Source: a bacterium
GTDB lineage: Bacteria > Krumholzibacteriota > Krumholzibacteriia > LZORAL124-64-63
Assembly: GCA_043823125.1 (NCBI GenBank)
Contig: JBDRBC010000187.1
Coordinates: forward strand, 5,257 to 69,256
Length of the DNA stretch: 64,000 nucleotides
Reading direction: 5' to 3'
A model generated the notes under the pieces. That model was not told the origin of the DNA, made no database searches, and saw nothing but the letters and a program-made list of their open reading frames with translations. A program made the position numbers and the translations under genes. This document shows, one piece after another, positions 19,090 to 27,350 of this stretch (within the stretch, counting starts at the first letter, position 1; the number at the start of each line of letters is the position of its first letter).

Positions 19090-20100
19090 ATGCCCATGTC
19101 GCTGCGTGATAGTGAACGGTTCAAGCTGATCACCCTGCAGCACAAGATCGGTTCGGCCCTGCGGATATTCGAGCAGGAATTCGCCGCCGTGACCGATGCG
19201 AGAACCGACCTGACCCGGGAGATCTGCGCCCACATTCGCAAGGGCAAGAGCAAGCGGTTCCGGCCCACCTTGCTCCTGTTGAGCGCCAAGAGCGACGAAG
19301 GGATCGATCCCCGCGCCATCACCGCCGCGGCCTGTGTGGAGCTGTTCCACACCGCCACCCTCATCCACGACGATTTCATCGATGCCTCCCTGACCCGACG
19401 CGGCCTGCCGACGATCAACGAGACCTGGGGCGGGCCGGCGGCGCTGATCATGGGCGACTACCTGTACAGCAAGGCATTGAATATCCTGTGCGAGCACAAC
19501 CTGGATCAGGCAGTGAAACTGCTGGCCCAATCCACGGTGCTCATGAGCGAAGCGGAGATGCTGCAGCTCGAGCTGAAATACAATCTCTTCATCACCGAGG
19601 AGCAGTACCTCCGGATCATCCATCAGAAGACCGCCACCCTCATCGAGATCTCGTGCCAGATCGGGGCCTCCTTCAATCCAATGGTCAACGGCCAGGAGGA
19701 GAATTTCGCCTCTTTTGGCCGCAAGATCGGGCTTGTCTTCCAGATCACGGACGATATCTTCGACTACCTCGGCGACGAGCGTCGGCTCGGTAAACCGACT
19801 GGACAGGACTGGGAGGAGGGGCGGATCACTCTCCCGTTGATCGCCGCGCTCCGGCAGGCGCCCGCCGCGGATCAGGAACCGTTGGCCGCCCTGGCCGTGT
19901 CTCGCCAGAGCCAGGAACGAGCCGAGTGCTGGCCCGGGGTGAAACAATTCGTCATGGACCATGGTGGCGTGGACTACGCTTTCGCCAAGGCGCGCCAGTA
20001 CGGCGAGGAAGCCAAGGAAGCACTGGTGCCGGTGGCGCCCGGTACCCAGAAAGACCTGCTGGCCGAGGCTGTCGAGTACGTCATCAACCGTCTCAACTAA
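19090..20100 (+). CDS. Polyprenyl diphosphate synthase (IspB-like trans-prenyltransferase)
   Basis: Two DDxxD motifs (LIHDDFIDAS, ITDDIFDY) and the KRFRP region. Confidence 0.8.
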   Translation: MPMSLRDSERFKLITLQHKIGSALRIFEQEFAAVTDARTDLTREICAHIRKGKSKRFRPTLLLLSAKSDEGIDPRAITAAACVELFHTATLIHDDFIDASLTRRGLPTINETWGGPAALIMGDYLYSKALNILCEHNLDQAVKLLAQSTVLMSEAEMLQLELKYNLFITEEQYLRIIHQKTATLIEISCQIGASFNPMVNGQEENFASFGRKIGLVFQITDDIFDYLGDERRLGKPTGQDWEEGRITLPLIAALRQAPAADQEPLAALAVSRQSQERAECWPGVKQFVMDHGGVDYAFAKARQYGEEAKEALVPVAPGTQKDLLAEAVEYVINRLN

Positions 20101-20126
20101 CCGCCGTAATCGGTCGTTTGGATGTC

Positions 20127-20600
20127 ATGGAATCTCCCTGGGACGAGCTGGAAACAGCATCTGCTTTTTTGCTGGCCGAGTCGGCCGCCCACTGGATCTT
20201 CACCAAGAGGGGCGAGGACGTCCTGCTGCTCGACCTGCGTGGACGTTCGGATGTCTGCGATTTCTTCATCATCTGTAGCGGGAATTCCGATGTCCAGGTC
20301 AAGGCCATCAGCTCCGCGGTCCGGGACGGTCTGTTCGAGCAGGGCCAGAAGCCGCTCAGCGTGGAGGGCCAGATCGAGGCCCGCTGGGTATTGCTGGATT
20401 ACGTGGATGTCATCATCCATGTCTTCCAGCCGGAGGTGCGGCAGTACTACCTCCTGGAGCGTCTCTGGGGCGACGCGCCGCAACTCGCCTTGCCAGAGGA
20501 TCACTTTGCCACCGCCGAATTCCGGGATCGCCACCCGGAGCTGTCAGGAGCCGGCACGAACGTGGATTCGACCCCCAACCGAGAACCGGATTCGTCATGA
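20127..20600 (+). CDS. rsfS: Ribosomal silencing factor RsfS (Iojap), with a ~40 aa C-terminal extension
   Basis: MESPWDELETASAFLLAESAAH…DVLLLDLRGRSDVCDFFIICSG…VLLDYVDVIIHVFQPEVRQYY…LWGDAP matches RsfS. The 5' part of the track ORF (19926-20126) overlaps the upstream gene. Confidence 0.75.
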   Translation: MESPWDELETASAFLLAESAAHWIFTKRGEDVLLLDLRGRSDVCDFFIICSGNSDVQVKAISSAVRDGLFEQGQKPLSVEGQIEARWVLLDYVDVIIHVFQPEVRQYYLLERLWGDAPQLALPEDHFATAEFRDRHPELSGAGTNVDSTPNREPDSS

Positions 20601-22342
20601 TCGAAAGCATCGTCAGAAACGGACTCGTCGCTGCCCTGGAACGGCTCGGGCTCTTCGAGGGTGACGTCGTCATCAATCTGGAAAAGCCGCGTGAGCGTTC
20701 CCACGGCGATCTCAGCTCGAATCTCGCCATGATGCTGGCCAAGCGATTGCGGCGGAAGCCGCGGGAACTGGCGGGGGAGCTGGCGGCTGGACTCACCCTC
20801 GACAGGGACATCGTGGAGTCGGTAGAGATCGCCGGCGCCGGTTTCATCAATTTCCGTCTGGCGCGGCCGTATCAGTTGAGAATCCTGCTCGACATCTGGC
20901 ATGGCGAAGGGGCCATGGCCGAGATCCGGAGCGGGGCCGGTAAACGCATTAACGTGGAGTACATCAGCTCCAATCCCACCGGGCCGTTGAACGTGGTCTC
21001 CGCCCGGGCCGGCGCCTTCGGGTCCACCCTGGTGCGACTCCTGGATGCCATCGGGTACGACGCCCACGGCGAGTATTACGTCAACGACGCCGGCGGGCAG
21101 ATCAAGCTGCTCGGGGAGAGCTTGCGCGCCCACTACCTGCAGCTGCGGGGTGAAGACGAGCCGTTGCCGGAGGGGGGCTACCTCGGGCGCTATCTCGAGA
21201 TCATGGCTGGCGAATTGCTGGAACAGGACAGCCGCGCCATTCAGGCCGCCGCCACCGCCTTCGACGACGAGAGTTTTCAGCGGATCACGGCCCCGGAAGG
21301 TAATGCCGAGGACTGGCGGCAGCTGCCGCGGGACGAGTCGGTGCATTGCTTCGCCAAGTACGCCCTCATGAAGATCCTGAGCTGGCAGCGGGAGACCTGC
21401 CGTCGGTTCGGCCTCCGGTTCGACACCTGGTACTTCGAATCGGAACTGCACGAGACCAAACGGATCGAACGGGCTCTGGATCAGCTGCGCAAGCGAGACG
21501 CGGTGTACGAGCTGGACGGCGCCGTCTGGTTCAAGTCCACGGATCACGGCGACGAGAAGGACCGGGTCCTGGTCCGGTCCGACGGCGAGCCGACCTACTT
21601 CCTGGCCGACATCGCCTACCACTATCACAAGTTCCAGCGCGGCTTCGAGCACGCCATCGATTTTCTCGGGCCCGATCATCACGGGTACATCGTCCGGATG
21701 CAGGGCGCCATGGAAGCCATCGGGGCGCCCAAGGACTGGCTCGAGATCCAGATCCTGCAGCAGGTCAATTTCTTCGAGCAGGGCCGCCCGGTGGACATGT
21801 CCAAGCGGAAGGGCCGGTTCGTGACCATGGATGCCCTCTGCGACGAGGTCGGCGCCGACGTGGCCAAGTACATCTTCTTGACCCGCAAGCCCAACTCCCA
21901 TCTGGATTTCGACCTCGATCTGGCCCGGACCCAGTCCCGCGAAAATCCGGTCTATTATGTGAAGTACGCCCACGCACGGATCTGCACCGTGTTGAACCAC
22001 GCGGTCGACGCTGGCATTGATCCCGGTGAGCCGGATCCGGAGGTGCTGGCGACTCTGGAACAACCGGCCGAGTGGGACCTGATCCGGGAGCTGATCTGGC
22101 TGCCGCAGGTTGTGGTCTCGTCAGCACAAACGCGGGAGCCCCATCACCTCACCGGTTTCGTCTCAGAAGTCGCGAAGCGGTTTCACAAGTTTTATGACAA
22201 CGATCAGTGCAAGATCATCAGCGACGACGAGTCGACCACCCGGGCGCGGTTGCAGCTCTGTCTGGCCACGCGGCGCGTACTGGCGTACGTGATGGAGCTG
22301 ATCGGGGTTGACGCTCCCGAACGGATGATCGAAAAGGAGTGA
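20597..22342 (+). CDS. argS: Arginine--tRNA ligase
   Basis: HIGH-like region SNPTGPLNV…, class-I ArgS body and a DALR anticodon-binding C-terminus; 581 aa. Confidence 0.9.
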   Translation: MIESIVRNGLVAALERLGLFEGDVVINLEKPRERSHGDLSSNLAMMLAKRLRRKPRELAGELAAGLTLDRDIVESVEIAGAGFINFRLARPYQLRILLDIWHGEGAMAEIRSGAGKRINVEYISSNPTGPLNVVSARAGAFGSTLVRLLDAIGYDAHGEYYVNDAGGQIKLLGESLRAHYLQLRGEDEPLPEGGYLGRYLEIMAGELLEQDSRAIQAAATAFDDESFQRITAPEGNAEDWRQLPRDESVHCFAKYALMKILSWQRETCRRFGLRFDTWYFESELHETKRIERALDQLRKRDAVYELDGAVWFKSTDHGDEKDRVLVRSDGEPTYFLADIAYHYHKFQRGFEHAIDFLGPDHHGYIVRMQGAMEAIGAPKDWLEIQILQQVNFFEQGRPVDMSKRKGRFVTMDALCDEVGADVAKYIFLTRKPNSHLDFDLDLARTQSRENPVYYVKYAHARICTVLNHAVDAGIDPGEPDPEVLATLEQPAEWDLIRELIWLPQVVVSSAQTREPHHLTGFVSEVAKRFHKFYDNDQCKIISDDESTTRARLQLCLATRRVLAYVMELIGVDAPERMIEKE

Positions 22343-22343
22343 C

Positions 22344-23252
22344 ATGTCGATACTCGTGGTGGGATCAGTGGCGTACGACACCATCGAGACCCCGCGCGAG
22401 AAGCGCGAGCGGATCCTGGGCGGCAGCGCGAGTTTCTTTTCCCTGGCGGCCACCCGGTTCGCCCCGGTGCGAGCCGTCGGTGTGGTGGGCGACGATTTCC
22501 GTCAATCGGATCTGGACCTGCTGGCCGCAGCGGGCATCGACATCAGCGGCATCCAGCGCGTCGCCGGTGCCACGTTCTTCTGGGCCGGACGCTACCATGA
22601 CGACCTCATCGAGCGAGACACCCTGACCACGGAACTGGGGGTCTTCGCCGACTTCCGCCCGGAGATTCCGGAAACCTGGCGGGACAGTCCGTATCTCTTT
22701 CTGGCCAACATCCAGCCCGATCTCCAGGGGCACGTGCTCGACGCCATGTCGGCACCGAAACTGGTGGTGCTCGACACCATGAATCTCTGGATCGAAACCA
22801 CCCGGGACGCCTTGCTGCAGGTACTGGGGCGGGTGCACGTCCTGATGGTCAACGACAGCGAGGCGCGGATGCTCAGTGGCGAATACAGCCTCGCCCGGGC
22901 CGCCGCGGTCCTGCAGCAACTGGGACCCACCTGGGTCGTGATCAAGAAGGGGGAGCACGGTGCGCTGCTCTTCGGGCGGGATTCAGTACTGGCCGTACCC
23001 GGTATCTTGTTGCCCGAGGTGGTGGATCCCACCGGGGCGGGGGATACTTTCGCCGGCGGATTCGTCGGCAGTCTGGCGGCGGCGGGAGCCGACAGCTCCT
23101 CCGCCGATCCCGTTTTCCGGCAGGCTATGCTGGATGGCACCGTGACCGCCAGTTTCTGTCCGGAGTGCTTCAGCGTCGACGGACTGCGTTTGCTCGACGA
23201 GTCGGAATACCAGAATCGCCTGGCTAACCTGCGGGCGATGATGATACCTTGA
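22344..23252 (+). CDS. PfkB-family carbohydrate/nucleoside kinase
   Basis: N-terminal GG motif region (VVGSVAYD…) and C-terminal DTxGAGD motif (VVDPTGAGDTFAGGF). Confidence 0.75.
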   Translation: MSILVVGSVAYDTIETPREKRERILGGSASFFSLAATRFAPVRAVGVVGDDFRQSDLDLLAAAGIDISGIQRVAGATFFWAGRYHDDLIERDTLTTELGVFADFRPEIPETWRDSPYLFLANIQPDLQGHVLDAMSAPKLVVLDTMNLWIETTRDALLQVLGRVHVLMVNDSEARMLSGEYSLARAAAVLQQLGPTWVVIKKGEHGALLFGRDSVLAVPGILLPEVVDPTGAGDTFAGGFVGSLAAAGADSSSADPVFRQAMLDGTVTASFCPECFSVDGLRLLDESEYQNRLANLRAMMIP

Positions 23253-23295
23253 TACCCCACCGGAGACTTGTGTCGAGGGAGCGAATTTACAGGCG

Positions 23296-23324
23296 TTGTC
23301 AGATCCAATCTGATTTGCTATGAT
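23296..23324 (+). promoter_or_regulatory. Putative sigma70-type promoter (TTGTCA-17-TATGAT) in a lower-GC spacer upstream of the 23389 gene
   Basis: Read directly: ttgtca gatccaatctgatttgc tatgat, about 65 nt upstream of the TTG start and its AGGAAGGAG SD. Confidence 0.35.
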
Positions 23325-23388
23325 CGCTTTTGCTTAATCATATGCGAGTTTCCGAATTCGACAGCTGATTTTAGGAAGGAGCTGCTGC

Positions 23389-24156
23389 TTGGAATGGGAA
23401 CCGAATGAGCGAGACGCCTGGGTTGCCGACGCCGAGCGCTGGATCATACAGATACCTGGTGTCCGCCAGTGCAAGATCGATCTGGACAACGCGGGCGAGG
23501 TGACCGGGGTCCATGTGGTCACCGGGATGGAGCGCGAACCGCGACACATCGTCCGGGATGTCGAGGGATTGCTCAAGGCCAGGCTCGATTGCAACGTGTA
23601 CTATAAAAAGATCGGCGTGGTTCAAGTCGTTGACAACGGCGTTGAATCAGGGCAAGATCCGTTGGCTTTCACACCCGGAGAATTGGCGGAATTGCCAGAC
23701 GGTCTCGGGGTGGAATTGAACGATGCCGTGTTGCTGGAGGAAGTGGCGCCGCCACGTATCCAGTGCAACGGGGTCGGGGTGTTGACAACGGACACCACCA
23801 TTCGCGCCGAGGTCAATCTCCAGGTGGGACTGGTGGAGGCGCGGGGTATCGCCGAAGGGCCCAATCATGTGGGCGGCGATCTCGGTCTCATCGCCAAGGC
23901 GGCTGTCACGGCCCTGGGCGAATTGCTGGCCGAGCCCGTCCTGCTGCATCTCTCCGAGGTCCGTCTGGAGCAGGCTGCCGGCGAGTCCATCGTGCTGGCC
24001 GCCGTGGAGTTGGTGGAGGGCAGACGTTCCGAGCGGTTGTTCGGGACCTGTCCGGCGGCACACAACCGCCAGCAAGCAGTGGCGTATGCCATACTGGACG
24101 CCCTCAACCGGCGTCTGGCGTTGATGGAATTCAAAACGGGGGAGGACACCGACTGA
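23389..24156 (+). CDS. Hypothetical protein (255 aa) in a lower-GC island
   Basis: TTG start 7 nt after AGGAAGGAG; coding-like frame; no domain recognised. Confidence 0.45.
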   Translation: MEWEPNERDAWVADAERWIIQIPGVRQCKIDLDNAGEVTGVHVVTGMEREPRHIVRDVEGLLKARLDCNVYYKKIGVVQVVDNGVESGQDPLAFTPGELAELPDGLGVELNDAVLLEEVAPPRIQCNGVGVLTTDTTIRAEVNLQVGLVEARGIAEGPNHVGGDLGLIAKAAVTALGELLAEPVLLHLSEVRLEQAAGESIVLAAVELVEGRRSERLFGTCPAAHNRQQAVAYAILDALNRRLALMEFKTGEDTD

Positions 24157-24286
24157 TCCCGTTCTGGTTCGATACGGAACCGGCACATGCTCAAATTACC
24201 GAGCGGAGCTGAACAACTGAGCGGAGCGGCCTCTACTGTCTTTTGTCGGGCAGTAAATACAGAGTTCGGTAAGGAGGTGCTGCTCT

Positions 24287-24331
24287 ATGCTTGATTGGCT
24301 TTTAGGGCTTTTCAATAAGTTTGAGTGGTAA
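24287..24331 (+). CDS. Candidate small protein (14 aa, MLDWLLGLFNKFEW) with a strong Shine-Dalgarno
   Basis: TAAGGAGGTG 7 nt upstream of ATG 24287; TAA at 24329. The leader (aggaggtgctgctct) resembles the leader of the 23389 gene (aggagctgctgctt). Too short for the ORF track. Confidence 0.25.
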   Translation: MLDWLLGLFNKFEW

Positions 24332-24334
24332 TCC

Positions 24335-24364
24335 TTGAGCTTCCCTGCCGGTTCCGCTTATATT
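24335..24364 (+). promoter_or_regulatory. Putative sigma70-type promoter (TTGAGC-18-TATATT) followed by a ~175-nt leader before the HD-GYP gene
   Basis: Read directly from the sequence. A leader this long suggests a 5'-UTR regulatory element, but no known motif was recognised. Confidence 0.3.
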
Positions 24365-24539
24365 TTTCCCGCCTTGGCCGATATCTAAAGCAGTGGAAAG
24401 ATTCGAGGTACGGTACTCCTGTCAGGGAGGAGACGGACCGTTGCCTCTGGTTCAGTACCGCCCGACTGTCGGGTAGGGTAGTGTCGCCAATCGAGCTGCC
24501 GCCGCCCAGGCTTCGCAGGAGGCGAAAGAGGATGATCCC

Positions 24540-25913
24540 GTGAGTTCAGGTTCCAGGCGTCAAAGCGGGTTGTTCTACCTGGTTTACGGCCTGTCACTCG
24601 TGGCCGGCGTTCTCATGTTGGGCTACCTGTTCTGGTACCATCTTCCCCGGGAAATCGGTCATCTCGAAACCGCCGAAGCGTTGCTGCATGGCAACTTCTG
24701 GTCCGTCATCCAGACGTCGGATATCGACTGGTTGGCGCTGGCCCTGTTTTTCCTGTTCCTGGTCTTCGCCGATACCAAGCTCACCGCCGGCGTGGTCGGT
24801 GGCGGCAAGGTGCACTCCTCCAAGTCCATCGTCCTGTCGTTGATCGCGCTGTTCGGCCCGGCCACTGCCGCCTGCATGGAGGCGCTCTCTTCCCTGGTGC
24901 GCGGATTCGTACTGCGCAACATGGAGCCGCGCAAGGCGCTGTTCAACGCATCCATGCTGGCGTTCTCCGCCGGGGCCGCCGGTCTCGTCTACCAGGCCTT
25001 GCCGTGGTCGGAGCAATTCAGCGGTCCCGGGTTCCTGTTCCCGCTCCTGGCGGCGTTGTTCGTCCACTCCGTGGTCAACACCTTGATGATCGCGATCATC
25101 ATGAGCCTGGATGCCAAGGTGCCGATCCAGCAGGTCTACCGGCGGAACTTCAAGTCCACCGGTATGGAGCGTTACCTGGACGCGCCGTTCGCGGCCATCG
25201 TCATCCTGCTGTTTCTGCAGGCCGGCAGCTGGACCTTGTTGATCTACCTGTTCATGATCATGGTGATCAACCGGAGCTTCAAGCTGTACCAGCGCATGCG
25301 GGAAGCGCACATCAACTCCATCGCCGCTCTGACCACCGCCCTGGAGGCGGACGAGCCGTACACCCACGGTCACAGCTACCGGGTTTCCAAGTACGCCATC
25401 CAGGTGGGGCGCGCCATGGGGCTGCCGGATCGTGATCTCGAGGTGCTGGAGTACGGCGGGCTGCTGCACGACATCGGCAAGATCGCCATCTCCAACGACA
25501 TCATCTGCAAGCCGGGTCGGCTGACCGACGATGAATTTTCCACGGTCAAGACCCACCCCACCATCGGCGCCGACATCGTGGAGCAGATCAGTTTTCTGCA
25601 CGAGGCGTCCGATCTGGTGCGGCATCACCATGAACGCCCCGACGGCAAGGGCTACCCGCACGGCCTGCGTAGGGAGGAGATCAGCACCGGCTGCCACATC
25701 CTCAACGCCTGCGACGCCTTCGACGCCATGACCAGCGATCGACCGTACCGCCCCGCCTTCACCCTGGAGAAGGCCATCGAGGAGCTGGTTCGTTTCCGCG
25801 ACACCCAGTTCGATCCCAGGGTGGTGGACACGGTCCTGAAGTTGTATCGTAAGGGCGAATTCAGGATCATCGACACTCTCGAGGGCTTGAATCTCGAGAT
25901 CCGAGTCCGGTAA
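24540..25913 (+). CDS. Membrane-anchored HD-GYP domain protein (putative c-di-GMP phosphodiesterase)
   Basis: N-terminal multi-TM domain. C-terminal HD-GYP signature …HGHSYRVSKYA…GGLLHDIGKIAI…HHERPDGKGYPHGL. GTG 24540 with AAGAGG SD. Confidence 0.75.
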   Translation: MSSGSRRQSGLFYLVYGLSLVAGVLMLGYLFWYHLPREIGHLETAEALLHGNFWSVIQTSDIDWLALALFFLFLVFADTKLTAGVVGGGKVHSSKSIVLSLIALFGPATAACMEALSSLVRGFVLRNMEPRKALFNASMLAFSAGAAGLVYQALPWSEQFSGPGFLFPLLAALFVHSVVNTLMIAIIMSLDAKVPIQQVYRRNFKSTGMERYLDAPFAAIVILLFLQAGSWTLLIYLFMIMVINRSFKLYQRMREAHINSIAALTTALEADEPYTHGHSYRVSKYAIQVGRAMGLPDRDLEVLEYGGLLHDIGKIAISNDIICKPGRLTDDEFSTVKTHPTIGADIVEQISFLHEASDLVRHHHERPDGKGYPHGLRREEISTGCHILNACDAFDAMTSDRPYRPAFTLEKAIEELVRFRDTQFDPRVVDTVLKLYRKGEFRIIDTLEGLNLEIRVR

Positions 25914-25976
25914 TCTACCAGCGACCACCGCCGACGCTTTTCCGACGGAGGCTTTCTCCGCCACCGGGGAGTGAAC

Positions 25977-26990
25977 ATGAAGTATGCCGACAGTGGTGTA
26001 GATATCGATGCCGCCCAGCGGGCGCTGGCCGACGCCAAGCAGAGTGTTCGTTCCACCTGGGACGAGCGGGTGCTGAGTGACGTGGGCGTCTTCGGTGACC
26101 TGTTCCGCCCCGGTCCGGGTGAACCGCTGCTGGTGTCCAGCGTGGATGGCGTTGGCACCAAGGTGAAGGTCGCCTCTCTGGTGGGCCGTTTCGACAGCGT
26201 GGGCCAGGACATCGTCAACCACTGCGTGGACGACATCCTGGTGCAGGGGGCGGAGCCGCTCTTTTTCCTGGACTACTTCGCCACCGCCAAGCTCGAGGAG
26301 GACGTGCTGCCCGCCGTCATCGCGGGGCTGGCCGCCGCCTGCCGCGAGAACGGCTGCGCCCTGCTGGGCGGTGAGACGGCGGAGATGCCCGGTGTCTACG
26401 TACCCGGCGACTTCGACCTGGCGGGTTGTATCGTGGGGCGCGTGGCGGAAGAGCATCTCATCGACGGCTCGGCCATCGAGGCTGGTGACAAGCTGTGGGG
26501 ACTGCCGAGCAGCGGCCTGCACACCAACGGCTACACCCTGGCGCGGACAGTGCTGCTGGAGAAAGCGGGGTTTGCGGTGGGCGATACGCTTGACGGAATG
26601 GACAGCAGCGTGGGCGACGCTCTGCTGGCGGTGCACCGCAGCTACCTGGCCGACATCCGCTCGCTCTGGGAGGCCTGCGGAAGGGATGTAGTACACGGGC
26701 TGGCCCATATCACCGGCGGCGGGTTCTACGACAACGTGCCCAGGATCGTACCCGCGGGGCTGGTGGCGCGCATCGAGACCGCGGCCTGGCCGGTGCCGCG
26801 CCTGTTCTCGCTCATCGGCGAGTTGGGGGAGGTGTCGCCGGAGGAGATGTACCGGGTGTTCAACATGGGCATCGGGATGGTGGTGTTCTTGCCGGCTGAG
26901 GTGGATCCGACGCAGGTGGCGGGATTGAGGGCCGTACCCATCGGTGAAGTGCTGGCCGGTGAGGGGGCGCGGGTGGAGGTGGTGTTGTAG
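25977..26990 (+). CDS. purM: Phosphoribosylformylglycinamidine cyclo-ligase
   Basis: MKYADSGVDIDAAQRAL…VSSVDGVGTKVK…VNHCVDDILVQGAEPLFFLDYFA canonical PurM. ATG 25977 is 8 nt after GGGGAG (GTG 25971 is an alternative start). Confidence 0.9.
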   Translation: MKYADSGVDIDAAQRALADAKQSVRSTWDERVLSDVGVFGDLFRPGPGEPLLVSSVDGVGTKVKVASLVGRFDSVGQDIVNHCVDDILVQGAEPLFFLDYFATAKLEEDVLPAVIAGLAAACRENGCALLGGETAEMPGVYVPGDFDLAGCIVGRVAEEHLIDGSAIEAGDKLWGLPSSGLHTNGYTLARTVLLEKAGFAVGDTLDGMDSSVGDALLAVHRSYLADIRSLWEACGRDVVHGLAHITGGGFYDNVPRIVPAGLVARIETAAWPVPRLFSLIGELGEVSPEEMYRVFNMGIGMVVFLPAEVDPTQVAGLRAVPIGEVLAGEGARVEVVL

Positions 26991-27350
26991 GTTCGTGACC
27001 GGGGCGCCACTCCTGTTTTTCGTCGCTGGCTGAGCAGTCGCGCGTGGTGCTACCGGCGTTTCGTGTTCCCCCCTCGTGACATCCGGCTACTTCATTCTCC
27101 TGATTGTGATTGATCCGGATTATTACATCCTGGACGCATCAGGTGTCTCGTCAAAGGGGCAGAACGATTCACGCCGAGAGAGTGTACCCGTCAACAGGAT
27201 ACCCAGTTACACTTCCCACTCACAACTCCCCACTCTCCTGGGGACAACTCCCGCCAGCGGTCTACAAACTGCTCACCGCCACGGTATCCCGGAGTCCATC
27301 GCCCGGCGCTGCACTCCACGGTTTGCGTTGGCTGCCAGGGGAAGGGAGTC

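Noticed and set aside
20501-22063. 520-aa minus-strand ORF antisense to argS; similar long antisense ORFs at 38787-40625 (antisense pyrG/kdsB), 32755-34293 (+, antisense nfnB), 45236-46399 (antisense rpoN), 43328-44395 (antisense lpxL), 16167-17036 (antisense glyA), 19054-19962 and 10840-11634
   Set aside because: All lie opposite strongly supported conserved genes, show no domain signatures and have Arg/Gly/Pro-rich composition. They are high-GC shadow ORFs.
24594-26708. 704-aa minus-strand ORF spanning the HD-GYP gene and purM
   Set aside because: It is antisense to two well-supported genes. Its product is G/A/V/D/H/Q-rich low complexity with no motifs, a typical high-GC antisense open frame.
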